A stretch of DNA of 64,000 bases from an uncultured Acidimicrobiales bacterium (GTDB lineage: Bacteria > Actinomycetota > Acidimicrobiia > Acidimicrobiales > UBA10347): NCBI GenBank assembly GCA_943788915.1, contig CALSSD010000012.1, forward strand, positions 62,001 through 126,000, given 5' to 3'. This document shows positions 48,796 through 59,130 of the stretch, one piece after another. Each line of letters opens with the position of its first letter. Position 1 is the stretch's first letter. Below the pieces are notes generated by a model. That model searched no databases, was not told the origin of the DNA, and saw only the letters and a program-made list of their open reading frames with translations. The position numbers and the translations under genes were made by a program.

Positions 48796-50506
48796 TTTGT
48801 GCACCGCGCACCAGTCGACCTGGGGTTGCCCCCGTGGACTCGGAATTGCTGGCGACCTCGATGCCACTCACGAATGTGTGGTCGATACCGGTCACCTTCT
48901 GCATCAGCCGGTTGCCGCCTGCGGGCAGGTCGCCGACGATGGTTGGCGCATGCAAGGTGAGTGCGTCGAAGTCGATCACGTTGATGTCGGCTTTGTAGCC
49001 CGGTGCCAGCAGGCCTCGGTCCATGAAGCCGACGGTCTCCGCTGTCGCCCTGGCCTGTTTCGCAACAATGGTTTCGAGAGGGATACGGCCGTGGGGTCGG
49101 TCCCGGCCCCACCATTGCATCAGGGTGGTGGGGAAGCTGACATCGCAGATAGTGCCGACGTGTGCGCCGCCATCGGACAATCCAGGAACGGCCGCATCGT
49201 GCAGGAGTTGTTCACGCACCGAGTCGAGGTTCCCATCGGCAAAGTTAACGGTCGGCACATAGATCATTGCTGTGCCGTTGCGTTCGAGCAACAAGTCGTA
49301 GGCCAACACTGCCGGGTCAGCGCCGGTTCGTTCGGCGATGGCTGCGAGCGACGTTGAAGCGTCGGGTTCGTAGTCCGGTGGATCACCAAGCGGGTACATG
49401 ATGTGCCATTTGGTGACGAGCCGCGAGCCGATGATGGGGGACTCTTTGTCGACGATGATGTTGTCGAGAATCGCTGCCCGTACCTCGTCTCGGCGCAGCG
49501 CTTCGACCCGTTCGGCCAGCGGCAGGTGGGCGATTGCCTTGTAGGCCTCGCAGTGCATGAACGGGTTGAGCGTTCCCTGATGGCCCATGAGCAGACCTAC
49601 AGCGCGTGCTCCGACCTGGCCTCGCATGACGATGCCCTCGGCGGTTGCCTGAGACATTGCGTCGAGCGTTCTGCGCCACTGCTCGGGGCGGCCCTTGGCT
49701 TGGGCCACCGACATTGACACCGGTCGCCCGCTGCGCTCGCCCATCGCCTTGGCGAGTGCGAACTCTTGGTCGAAGTCGACCAGGTCGCTGATGATCTGGA
49801 TCACTCCCTTGCCAGCGGCGCCGAGGGCTTCGGCGATGCCAATCATCTCGTCGCGCTCAGCTTGCAGCGTCGGGGTGTACTCGCCGGTTGATGCTCGATG
49901 GTTGAGCGAACGTGATGAAGTGAAACCAATGGCGCCGGCTTCGACGGCACGGCGGGCGATCTCGGCCATCTGAGCGATGTCATCGGGCGTGGCTGGCTCG
50001 CGTGCCACACCCCGGTCACCCATAACGTTGACTCGAACCGCGGCATGGGGCAATTGGGCACCCAGATCGATGTCATAACTTCGGCCATCGAGGAAGTCGA
50101 GGTACTCCTCGAACGACTCCCAGGCCCAGGGCAGGCCTTCGTGCAACGCCGTGCCGGGGATGTCCTCGACGCCTTCCATGAGACGGATGAGCCGTTCATG
50201 ATCTGATGGCCGTACCGGTGCAAAACCGACACCGCAGTTGCCCATGACGATGGTGGTTACGCCATGCCAGCTCGAAGGGGCGAGCTGGCTGTCCCAGGTC
50301 GCCTGGCCGTCATAGTGCGTGTGGATGTCGACGAAGCCGGGTTGGACGAGCTTGCCGTCTGCGGCAACTTCGCGATGGCCGGCGCCTGACACCTGGCCAA
50401 CTTCGGTGACGACACCATTGGAGACCGCGACATCGGCGGTCCTTCGGTCAGAGCCGCTTCCGTCAATGACGGTGCCGCCGCGGATGACGAGGTCATGCTC
50501 ACTCAT
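48782..50506 (-). CDS. N-acyl-D-amino-acid deacylase family amidohydrolase
   Basis: PGFVDIHTHYD, GNCGVGFAP, SDGGAH and DRG.L.PG.KAD motifs. Confidence 0.92.
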   Translation of the reverse strand: MSEHDLVIRGGTVIDGSGSDRRTADVAVSNGVVTEVGQVSGAGHREVAADGKLVQPGFVDIHTHYDGQATWDSQLAPSSWHGVTTIVMGNCGVGFAPVRPSDHERLIRLMEGVEDIPGTALHEGLPWAWESFEEYLDFLDGRSYDIDLGAQLPHAAVRVNVMGDRGVAREPATPDDIAQMAEIARRAVEAGAIGFTSSRSLNHRASTGEYTPTLQAERDEMIGIAEALGAAGKGVIQIISDLVDFDQEFALAKAMGERSGRPVSMSVAQAKGRPEQWRRTLDAMSQATAEGIVMRGQVGARAVGLLMGHQGTLNPFMHCEAYKAIAHLPLAERVEALRRDEVRAAILDNIIVDKESPIIGSRLVTKWHIMYPLGDPPDYEPDASTSLAAIAERTGADPAVLAYDLLLERNGTAMIYVPTVNFADGNLDSVREQLLHDAAVPGLSDGGAHVGTICDVSFPTTLMQWWGRDRPHGRIPLETIVAKQARATAETVGFMDRGLLAPGYKADINVIDFDALTLHAPTIVGDLPAGGNRLMQKVTGIDHTFVSGIEVASNSESTGATPGRLVRGAQKAGQ

Positions 50507-50650
50507 CTGTCTGGTTCCTCTTGGTCAGATGTGGGACTAACGGAAACCTACTGCGTGCCGCTGGTTCTGGCCAACGCACATTGGTTGCTCGCTGATGGCG
50601 CTGTCTCAGAAGCAAACCGTACTCAATGGTTCGCTCGCTGATGGCGGCTG

Positions 50651-51882
50651 TCAGGCGGTCATATCCACGACTTCACGATGGCGCCAGATCCACACTGTGA
50701 GAACGGCGATGCCAGCCAAAGCGTTGAACGCGAGCGCCCGGCTTGGGCCGATCTGCTCGGCGAGCTCGCCCAAGCGCGTACATGCCTACCGGTAGCCCTC
50801 CGATTGCCATGGACAGCAGGCCGAGCGCCCGACCGCGGGCTTCTTCGGGGACCGCAGCGACGGCGAGCGTCGATTGGGTGGAGCCGAAGAAGCCGCTGCC
50901 GATGCCAGAGCCGATGATGAGCGCGAGCGCAAGGCCGTACTGCGAGCTGAGTGCGAATGGCACGACAAGAGCGAGTGCAGCGAACAGCCCCACCAGGTAC
51001 ACGACGCCGCGGCGTCGGGGTTGCAGCCGGGCGAAGATGAGCGAACCCACCATCATGCCGATCCCCGTGCCGGCCAGTAGCAGCCCGACGAGAGATGCCG
51101 AGGCGTCAAGGTCTTCGGCCAATACGGGGATGATGGGGAAGTAGGCGAACAGGAAGAAGTTCGCGATGACGGTGACACCCAGAACGCCGACAAGGGGACG
51201 ATTGGTGCGAAGCATGCGAACGCCTTCGACAAGGTCCTGGACCGGATGTTTGCTGGCGGCTCGGCGTGTCGTCGCTGGGGTCGTCACCGGGGACAGGGTC
51301 AGCCAGGGCGAGCAGCAAGAACCCGGCGATGCAGAAGTATGACGCGCCGATGCCAACGGCATCGACGGCATAGCCACCGATGAGTGCACCGAGAACCATG
51401 CCCATCGAGAGACTGAGAGACTCCATCGCCATAGCGCTGTCGAGGCGTGCCTCGCCGACCAGATCGAAGACGAGCGCTCGTCGGCTCGTCATGTCGGTCA
51501 CCCATCCAATGCCCACAAGAAACATGTAGACGTAGAGCATCCATACCTCGAGCCGGTCGGAGTTCACCAGAACACCGATCACAACGGTGAGCGGGATCAG
51601 CGCCAGAAGCTGAACACGAACGGTCACCAGGCGATCGAAGCGATCCGAGATCACGCCCCCCAAGACTCCGCCGAGGAGTAGCGGCGCGTAGAGGACGGTG
51701 CCAGCCAGCTGCACCATACGAGGCGAGCCAGTCATATCGTTCACCAGGTAGGTACCAAGAAATGCGACACCCCAACGGCAGAGGTGCCAGAGCAGTCCGC
51801 ACGCCCACGCATACCCAAAGTGGCGTGTCGAGAAGACTGCGAACGGCTTTGCCGCCGACTCTGTCTGGTTAACGACGGTCAC
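50651..51882 (-). CDS. MFS transporter; +1 frameshifts near 51304 and 50771
   Basis: GGVISDRFDR motif A and RGRALG; hydrophobic segments continue across three frames to ...VVDMTA*. Confidence 0.82.
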
Positions 51883-52109
51883 TACCTCGAAACTTACTCG
51901 GCGTGGCCCTGACGACCGACATCGCGACCAACGAGCTCCAACCGAAGGAAGCAGACACGTTGACTCGCTCCTCGGATGAGTGGGCCTAGCCGACCTTGGG
52001 GGCGAGGTGGTCGAACGGCTGATGGGTGGTAGCGATATCGCTCATCTTGCCTCGATCACGCTGCGTGCGACATGCTGTCGATCTTCGTTACCGCCCTGAG
52101 GAGCAGATC

Positions 52110-53165
52110 ATGAAGGTCGCAGTGCAAGCAAGTCCATGGAGTCGAGTCGACATGCTCGAGGCTGCTGGCTTCGAAGTAGTCGAGGCCCCGATCAGTACCG
52201 AAGACGAGTTCATCGATTTATTGCGTGATGCCGACGGCGCCACGATCAGCACCAGACCACTGACGAACCGACGGGTGCTCGAGGCATGTCCCAATCTCAA
52301 GGTGGTTAGTCGCATGGGTGTGGGCGTCGACTCGATCGATCTGGCCGCCGCAGCCGAGTTGGGCATCTTGGCGTGCAACGTGCCCGGAGTGAATACGGCC
52401 GAGGTTGCTGACCATGCCATGGCCATGCTTCTCGCACTGACCCGCTGCCTTCCCGATTCAATACGCACGACCCGAGAGGGAGCCTGGAGTTCGGACAGCG
52501 CTCTCACCGTGCATTACCTGGAGTCGGTGCGCCGTATCGCTGGTCATACCGTCGGCATTATTGGTTTCGGTGATATCGGTCGGGCGTTTGCCAATCGAGT
52601 CAGGGGTTTCGGACCGGCTCGTATCGTGGCCGCGGACCCGTACGTGCACCCGACCACCGCCGAGACGATGGGCGTCGACCTGCTGCCGTTGGAAGAGATG
52701 TTGGCCGTTTCCGACTATGTGAGCATCCATTGTTCGTCGACAGCTGAGACACGCCACCTGATCAACGCCGACACCTTGGCGCTGATGAAGCCCACATCGA
52801 TATTGGTGAATACTTCTCGGGGCCCGGTCGTTGACGGAGCGGCGCTGGCCGACGCTCTTGTTGCTGGGACCATCGAGTCGGCTGCCCTCGACGTGGCCGA
52901 AGTGGAGCCGATGCCGTCCGACGATCGCTTGTTGCAGTTGCCCAACTGCATCGTGACCCCACATGTCGCTGGGTTCTCACCGACCTTCCTTGACCAGTGC
53001 ACGGCCCGCCAGACCGAGAACGTGATCCGGGTACTGACCGGCTCAGCCCCACCACATGGTCTGGCCAACCCTGAGGTCATCAAGACCATCGCGGTGATGC
53101 GAGCCAGCGGAAACGCCGGCCGATGGGAAGGCGTGCCCGACTTCTCGACCGCACTTCCGCTTTAG
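52110..53165 (+). CDS. D-isomer 2-hydroxyacid dehydrogenase (SerA/CtBP-like)
   Basis: GVGVDSID, GIIGFGDIG, NTSRG, LDV..EP and TPHVA motifs; GAGGAG RBS. Confidence 0.92.
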   Translation: MKVAVQASPWSRVDMLEAAGFEVVEAPISTEDEFIDLLRDADGATISTRPLTNRRVLEACPNLKVVSRMGVGVDSIDLAAAAELGILACNVPGVNTAEVADHAMAMLLALTRCLPDSIRTTREGAWSSDSALTVHYLESVRRIAGHTVGIIGFGDIGRAFANRVRGFGPARIVAADPYVHPTTAETMGVDLLPLEEMLAVSDYVSIHCSSTAETRHLINADTLALMKPTSILVNTSRGPVVDGAALADALVAGTIESAALDVAEVEPMPSDDRLLQLPNCIVTPHVAGFSPTFLDQCTARQTENVIRVLTGSAPPHGLANPEVIKTIAVMRASGNAGRWEGVPDFSTALPL

Positions 53166-53269
53166 CGACCTGGGCTCACGTGGTGGGCCCAGCGATTAGG
53201 CTGCCAGCGGCAGCGTGACAAGCCTGCCATCCAGGGCGGTGATCCGTTTCGACGATGCGATCAGCAGCG

Positions 53270-53303
53270 ACGCCGGGTGACGGATCCGCCACCCGGCGTT
53301 TTC
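53270..53303 (+). terminator. probable intrinsic terminator
   Basis: ACGCCGGGTG-N10-CACCCGGCGT followed by TTT, between convergent genes. Confidence 0.6.
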
Positions 53304-53369
53304 AAGGCGGAATCTGATTGACGACGAGCCAACCTCAAGCGCCCACGCTGAGCGTCAGCCATTGCTGGC

Positions 53370-54503
53370 TCAGATGCTGAGGTCGAGCAGGTTGTAGTCG
53401 TGGAGTTGATCTCGGGCGTCGTCGTTCCATACAAAAGTGCAACCTGCGAGAGGTTCGTAGTTGAACGGTGTTTCATCGGGTCGCCGCTGACCCCGTGCAG
53501 CGATTGCCCACCCGATCATCTCGGATCGTTTGGCGACGCGCTGCTCGTCGAGTGGTCCGACCATCCCGTGGATACCAGCGCCGGTCGCTCCAATCACGGA
53601 GTTGCGACGGTGGAAGCCCAGGTTGAAGGTGACTCGTGGTTCGCTGCTGGTATTCGCGAAGGAACCGTGGATGGCTTGCCGGTTCACGATCGCGACATCG
53701 CCGGGAGCACACACCAGTGGCACTGCATCGGGCAATCGCTGACTTCCGGCCTCGGCGGCCATCGATGCAAGATCGACATGGCGCTGTTTGTGAGTCCCCG
53801 GCAGAATCCACACACCATTTTCGGGTTCGCATCCATAGAGCTGAGCCATGAAGTTGTAGCCGTGGGTGCCCTGATCCCAGTCCGGTGATTCCCAGTGGGT
53901 CACACCATCGCGATGCCACGCCACCGATGGACCAACACCGGGGTCTTTGATGAAGATGGCTTCGTTGAATGGCACAAAGTCGTCGCCGTTGAGGGCAGCG
54001 CTGATCCCCAAAAGGTCGGGATGGCCGTAGAGGCGCAGGTGAGCGTCGCAGAACTGCAGGGTTCCGAGAACCACGTAGACGACTTCTTCGGGCGCGTCGT
54101 CGGCCAGGTTGGGTTCATGCATCTTGACCGGATGTCGGCCATGGGAGGCTGCGGTTCCGCCAAGTGGATCGCTCAGCGCCCGTCCCCATTGGACAGTGCG
54201 TGCCTCGACTCCTGATCCCACAGCCAGGTTGCCGTCGATATCGACATCCGAACCCTTGTGGCTGGGTAGCCGCCGACGGAAGTCTTCGAAACCGACGCGT
54301 AGGTCGTCGAGTTCGTCGCTGTCTATGAGGCCTTCGAAGACGTAGAACCCGGTGCGCCAATACGCCTCGACGATCTCGGGATGCAACGCACGGTCGCCGA
54401 CGAACCGGACCGGTCCTCGATTCCCAAACTCAAGCGCTCGCCGCCGACCATCAGCGCAGTATTCAGCGAGTGCTTCCAGCTCTTCGTCGGTATCGATGTG
54501 CAT
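53370..54503 (-). CDS. phytanoyl-CoA dioxygenase family protein
   Basis: WHRDG, NG.W..PGTH and HGSFAN.S...R motifs. Confidence 0.85.
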   Translation of the reverse strand: MHIDTDEELEALAEYCADGRRRALEFGNRGPVRFVGDRALHPEIVEAYWRTGFYVFEGLIDSDELDDLRVGFEDFRRRLPSHKGSDVDIDGNLAVGSGVEARTVQWGRALSDPLGGTAASHGRHPVKMHEPNLADDAPEEVVYVVLGTLQFCDAHLRLYGHPDLLGISAALNGDDFVPFNEAIFIKDPGVGPSVAWHRDGVTHWESPDWDQGTHGYNFMAQLYGCEPENGVWILPGTHKQRHVDLASMAAEAGSQRLPDAVPLVCAPGDVAIVNRQAIHGSFANTSSEPRVTFNLGFHRRNSVIGATGAGIHGMVGPLDEQRVAKRSEMIGWAIAARGQRRPDETPFNYEPLAGCTFVWNDDARDQLHDYNLLDLSI

Positions 54504-54625
54504 ACGCCATATTGGCCGATCGGCGCGGTGCGTATCAAGGGGAGACCGGATTCATTGCTGCGCGGTAACTCGAAGGCGTCAAGTAGCAGAGGACTAGAAC
54601 CTGGGCATTGGTTCGATAGCAATGC

Positions 54626-56254
54626 CTATGCGGGAGAGTTCACAATGTCGCGGAGGTGGTATTTCTGGATCTTTCCGCTTGGGGTCATCGGAAACTGGTC
54701 GACAACCCGCAGGTCTTCTGGCCAGAACTGCTTCGTCACGTTTTGTTCATCGAGGAACGTGATGAGGTCAGCCAGAGTTGGTGGATCGCCGTCGGCCAGG
54801 ATGACTGCACAACTGACCTCGCCCAAACGCTCGTGCAGTTGAGCGACGACGGCAACGTTGGCCACATTGGGGTGTCGTAGCAGTACGTCCTCGACCTCTT
54901 TGACGGGAATGTTCTCGCCACCGCGGATGACGATGTCCTTTGTGCGCCCCGAAATCGATAAGTAGCCGTCGGTATCGATGATGGCCCGGTCGCCAGTGTC
55001 GAACCAACCATCGCGGAAACACGATTCGGTTAACTCGCGCCCTTGGATGTAGCCGATGAACGTGAGCGAACCCCGGAACTGCAGGTCGCCCTCGATACCG
55101 GCCTCGAGCGCTGTGCCGTGTTCGTCGACTACCCGTGCCTCATTACCCGTTAGCGCCACGCCATCGGTCGACAACTTCGCAAATGCGTCGTCGCGCCGCC
55201 CGATCGTAGAAAGCGCTGTTTCGGTCATGCCCCATCCCGGCAAGACGGTGCACGGGAGCATGTCTCGTGCACGTTCCAGAACGGGCAACGGAATTGCTGC
55301 GCCTGCGCACACAAACGCCGTAAAGCTGGACAGGTCGTAGGTGGCTAGCCCGTCGACATCGAGTAGATCGGCCAGGAAAGGCGTGGCACCCATGGATGCA
55401 TGAATCCCATGCTCTTGAATGAGCCCGGCGAACTCGACCGGATCCCAAACCTGCTGGTACACGATGGTGCCACCAGCGAGAATTGGTGCCCGTACCCCGT
55501 AGAGATAACCCGTTTGATGGGCGAGGGTGGATGCCATGTGGAATACGTTGCATCCTTCGGCGATACGTTCGAGCCACAACTCGGCGGCCACGTTCAACGT
55601 GTTCTGATTGTGCATCACACCCTTGGGCTGGCCGGTGGTGCCGGAGGTGAAGATGATTTCACACACGTCGTTTGGGTCTGGTCGAAGGAGTGCCAGAGTT
55701 CGGTCGTCGATGGTCGACTGTCGCCCGACCGCCAGCAGACGGTCGTATCCCAACGCATCGGCAGGGATCGCTTCACCCATCGTGTCGATCACAATGACGT
55801 GATCAACCCATGGCGACTGCTCCTGTAACTCGAGGTGCATGCCAGCGAGGTCGAAACCCCGGAAGTTGTCGACCGTGATCACAATCGATGGGCGAGCTAG
55901 CGCTGACATCACGGCCACTTCGTTGGACCTGAAGATCGGAGCGATCGGGTTTACCACCGCACCGATGCGTTCAATGGCCAGGACGAGCAGGAGGAACTCG
56001 CGCCGATTCGGCAGTTGCAGCTGCACGACGGTGCCCTTGCGGACACCGAGTTCGATCAGACCGCGACTCAATTCGTCGACCTGCTCGGCAGCACTGCGCC
56101 AGCTCAGAGCGCCGTCCACATCAATGACCAACGGGTCGCCGCCCATGTGGGCTGCTTTTTGGACGAACGAGTCGAACAGGTGCGTATCCCTCCAAAATCC
56201 CGATGTCCGCATGGCTTCGATATGGGCCGTTGTCAGCGTCGTCTCAAAGAACAT
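54626..56254 (-). CDS. acyl-CoA synthetase, cyclohexanecarboxylate-CoA ligase/FadK-like
   Basis: FTSGTTGQPKG, WGMTE, WFDTGD, GR.KD...RGGENI and TPSGKIQK motifs. Confidence 0.92.
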   Translation of the reverse strand: MFFETTLTTAHIEAMRTSGFWRDTHLFDSFVQKAAHMGGDPLVIDVDGALSWRSAAEQVDELSRGLIELGVRKGTVVQLQLPNRREFLLLVLAIERIGAVVNPIAPIFRSNEVAVMSALARPSIVITVDNFRGFDLAGMHLELQEQSPWVDHVIVIDTMGEAIPADALGYDRLLAVGRQSTIDDRTLALLRPDPNDVCEIIFTSGTTGQPKGVMHNQNTLNVAAELWLERIAEGCNVFHMASTLAHQTGYLYGVRAPILAGGTIVYQQVWDPVEFAGLIQEHGIHASMGATPFLADLLDVDGLATYDLSSFTAFVCAGAAIPLPVLERARDMLPCTVLPGWGMTETALSTIGRRDDAFAKLSTDGVALTGNEARVVDEHGTALEAGIEGDLQFRGSLTFIGYIQGRELTESCFRDGWFDTGDRAIIDTDGYLSISGRTKDIVIRGGENIPVKEVEDVLLRHPNVANVAVVAQLHERLGEVSCAVILADGDPPTLADLITFLDEQNVTKQFWPEDLRVVDQFPMTPSGKIQKYHLRDIVNSPA

Positions 56255-56395
56255 GCCTTGGACCTTAGATGCTGACGTCGGCTCGGTTGTTGCCGCAGGT
56301 CCGGTCCGAGCGAGCGGTCGTCGGCGTAGGTCGGGGAAATCAAGGTCCGCGCCACGGATTCAACACCGGTCCTGTGGCCAGAATAAGTTAACTCG

Positions 56396-57121
56396 ATGGA
56401 CCTACGTGCAACACCGGGCACCAAGATGCAGTTTCTGATCGGCCGCCGGCCCGACGTCGGCCGTGACGAGTTGCTCGTGCATTGGTTCGCGAACCACATG
56501 CCATCAGTGGTGGCAGCCCAGAAGCAGATGGCAGCAAGCAAGGGCACTGCTGAGTCTCGCTATATTGCCACGCTGTACAACCCGGTGCCATCAGGGCAAC
56601 AGGTGTGGGATGGTGTGGCCCAGATCTGGGCAGACGCTCCGTTTCCACGAGAGAGCGAGCCGCACGGCTCGACACCTCGAGACACCTTCCAACAAAAGGC
56701 TAGGCCATATGTCGGATGGCCAACGACGGAGTATGTCGTTGTTGACGGTGAGCTGCCTCTGACTCCAAACGATCTCAATGAGCCGTTCCCGTGCACCCGC
56801 AGCGGCTTCCTCAAGGTCACCACGATCCTGACCGCCAAGCTGGGTGCGGACCACGGCGCGCTGACCGACCATTGGCTCAACGTGCATGCTGCCAACGTGG
56901 CCGGCGTGATGGAGCAGGTCGGAGCGTTCCGTTATGCGCTGAGTATCTCTCAGGAACCGACCGTGGATCCCTATGTCGGTATGGCCGAGCTCTACTTCCC
57001 CGACAAGGATGCGCTCCGCAGGTATCTGGAGCTGTACAAGAGCGACGGCATCGAGGAGTACTTCGACAACGAAGCTCGACTCATCTTTCGCTCCAACACC
57101 GAGATGGTAGGTATCCCCTAG
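56396..57121 (+). CDS. tandem EthD-like domain protein
   Basis: Two repeats of HW...H with (W/Y).G.A.(I/L)(W/Y). Confidence 0.7.
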   Translation: MDLRATPGTKMQFLIGRRPDVGRDELLVHWFANHMPSVVAAQKQMAASKGTAESRYIATLYNPVPSGQQVWDGVAQIWADAPFPRESEPHGSTPRDTFQQKARPYVGWPTTEYVVVDGELPLTPNDLNEPFPCTRSGFLKVTTILTAKLGADHGALTDHWLNVHAANVAGVMEQVGAFRYALSISQEPTVDPYVGMAELYFPDKDALRRYLELYKSDGIEEYFDNEARLIFRSNTEMVGIP

Positions 57122-57177
57122 AGATGTGGCGAGAGCGGCGTTAACAACGACGTCGCACCCGGTTGTACTTTTGTTGG

Positions 57178-59109
57178 ATGTTCGCTGCGCCTGACACCCC
57201 GATGACTGCCGAAGAAGAACAGCTCTATACCGAGGCTGTTCACGTCGCCAACATTCCGACCCTGCTGATGGTCCTGGTGCAACTCACCGGCGAGATGCAT
57301 TGGCTCGAAGAGCCGTATCGGCCTCGGCGCCAAGCAGGTCTGGGCGACAACGACACCGGCGGGCTCCGTCCCGAACATCAGCAAGAGGTTCGTGAAGCAG
57401 CGCTCGAGGCCATGACCGCATGGCGACAAGGCCGCCCTGTCGCTCTTGCTGATCCAGACCCCGAGTTGCTTGTCAAGATGCTGCACGTGGCGATGGACGA
57501 AGACATTCCCGACCTCTACGGGCCGTTCACGAAGTCACAACTTGGCGAACAACCGGTGGGCACCGCACCCATCGATGTGCCCGAGGGATTCAACGCCATC
57601 GTTATCGGCGCTGGTGTCTCCGGTATTTGTGCTGCGGTGCACCTGCAAGCGGCTGGTATCCCATTCGAGATTCTTGAGCGCAATCGCGACATCGGTGGTG
57701 TATGGCTCGAGAACACGTACCCGGGCGCAGGTGTCGACACGCCAAACCATCTGTATTCGTTCTCGTTTGTGCAGTACGACTGGCCCGAGTTCTTCGCACT
57801 TCGCGATGATCTGTGGGGATATCTCGGTCATGTTGTTGACCAGTTCGACCTGCGTCCGACGATCGCGTTGAACACCACGGTGGAAACTGCTGAGTACCGA
57901 GAGGTCGAGCAGGACTGGAAAGTCACGACTCGGTCAGCCGACGGAACGGTCGAGGTTCGCACCGCCAACGTGGTCATCAGCGGTGCTGGCATCTTCAATC
58001 CGCCGGTTTCCCCAAAGATCGACGGCATCGAGACCTTCGCTGGCCCGTCGTTCCACACGGCTCAGTGGCGAGACGACGTGAGCCTCGAAGGCAAACGAGT
58101 GGCCATTGTTGGTAACGGCGCCAGTTGTATGCAGATTGCGCCGCTCATCCAAGACCAGGTCGAGTCGCTCACGATCTTTCAACGATCCAACCATTGGGCG
58201 GCACCGTTCGAGCAATTCCGACGCGCCGTTCCAGACTCGCTTCGGTTCCTGTTGCGAGAGAATCCGATCTATCAAGCGTGGTACCGGGTGCGCCTTGGTT
58301 GGACGTTCAACGACCGCAACCACGCGGCGCTGCACAAGGATCCCAACTGGGAACACAGTGACCGTTCATTGAACGCAACGAATGACGGCCACCGCGGTTT
58401 CTTCGAGCGGTATATCCGCGACGAACTTGGTGATCGCCAGGATCTCTTCGATGTCGTCGTGCCGAAGTATCCACCGTTTGGTAAACGCATGCTCATGGAC
58501 AACGGTTGGTACCGCATGTTGCGGAACCCGAGCGTTGAGCTTGTTACCGACGCGATCGAGTCGATCGACGAAACGTCACTACACACCGTCGACGGTCGCA
58601 CCTTCGATGCCGATGTTCTGATCATCGCAACTGGCTTCGATGTACTTCGGTTCATCAACACCTACGAGACCGTGGGGCGCGACGGTCTGACGTTGCGCGA
58701 TTCATGGGATGACGACAATGCCAAGTCCTACCTGGGCACAGTCACGCCTGGGTTTCCCAACTTCTTCACGCTGTATGGGCCGAACTTGCAGCCAGGTCAT
58801 GGCGGCAGCCTGATCAATGTGATCGAGATGCAGATGCACTACATCATGGATCTCATTCGGCAGATGGCCGCCGACGGCATCGGCAGCGTCGACGTGTTGC
58901 CCGAGGTCCATGCTGCCTACAACGAGCGGGTCGATGCTGCCCACGAAGACATGGTGTGGACGCACGAAGGAATGTCGACCTACTACCGCAACGACCGAGG
59001 TCGCATCGTGGTCAACTCGCCCTATCGCAACGTCGACTTCTTCGAGTGGACTCGTCACGCAGACCTGGCGGAGTACGTCACCGAACCTCGCCAGGTGCCT
59101 GTCGGCTGA
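57178..59109 (+). CDS. Baeyer-Villiger monooxygenase, 4-hydroxyacetophenone monooxygenase-like (N-terminal extension)
   Basis: GAGVSG, GG.W..N.YPG, FAGPSFHTAQW, GNGAS and ATGF motifs. Confidence 0.9.
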   Translation: MFAAPDTPMTAEEEQLYTEAVHVANIPTLLMVLVQLTGEMHWLEEPYRPRRQAGLGDNDTGGLRPEHQQEVREAALEAMTAWRQGRPVALADPDPELLVKMLHVAMDEDIPDLYGPFTKSQLGEQPVGTAPIDVPEGFNAIVIGAGVSGICAAVHLQAAGIPFEILERNRDIGGVWLENTYPGAGVDTPNHLYSFSFVQYDWPEFFALRDDLWGYLGHVVDQFDLRPTIALNTTVETAEYREVEQDWKVTTRSADGTVEVRTANVVISGAGIFNPPVSPKIDGIETFAGPSFHTAQWRDDVSLEGKRVAIVGNGASCMQIAPLIQDQVESLTIFQRSNHWAAPFEQFRRAVPDSLRFLLRENPIYQAWYRVRLGWTFNDRNHAALHKDPNWEHSDRSLNATNDGHRGFFERYIRDELGDRQDLFDVVVPKYPPFGKRMLMDNGWYRMLRNPSVELVTDAIESIDETSLHTVDGRTFDADVLIIATGFDVLRFINTYETVGRDGLTLRDSWDDDNAKSYLGTVTPGFPNFFTLYGPNLQPGHGGSLINVIEMQMHYIMDLIRQMAADGIGSVDVLPEVHAAYNERVDAAHEDMVWTHEGMSTYYRNDRGRIVVNSPYRNVDFFEWTRHADLAEYVTEPRQVPVG

Positions 59110-59130
59110 CGGCGCAGCCGTACCGTCGTC

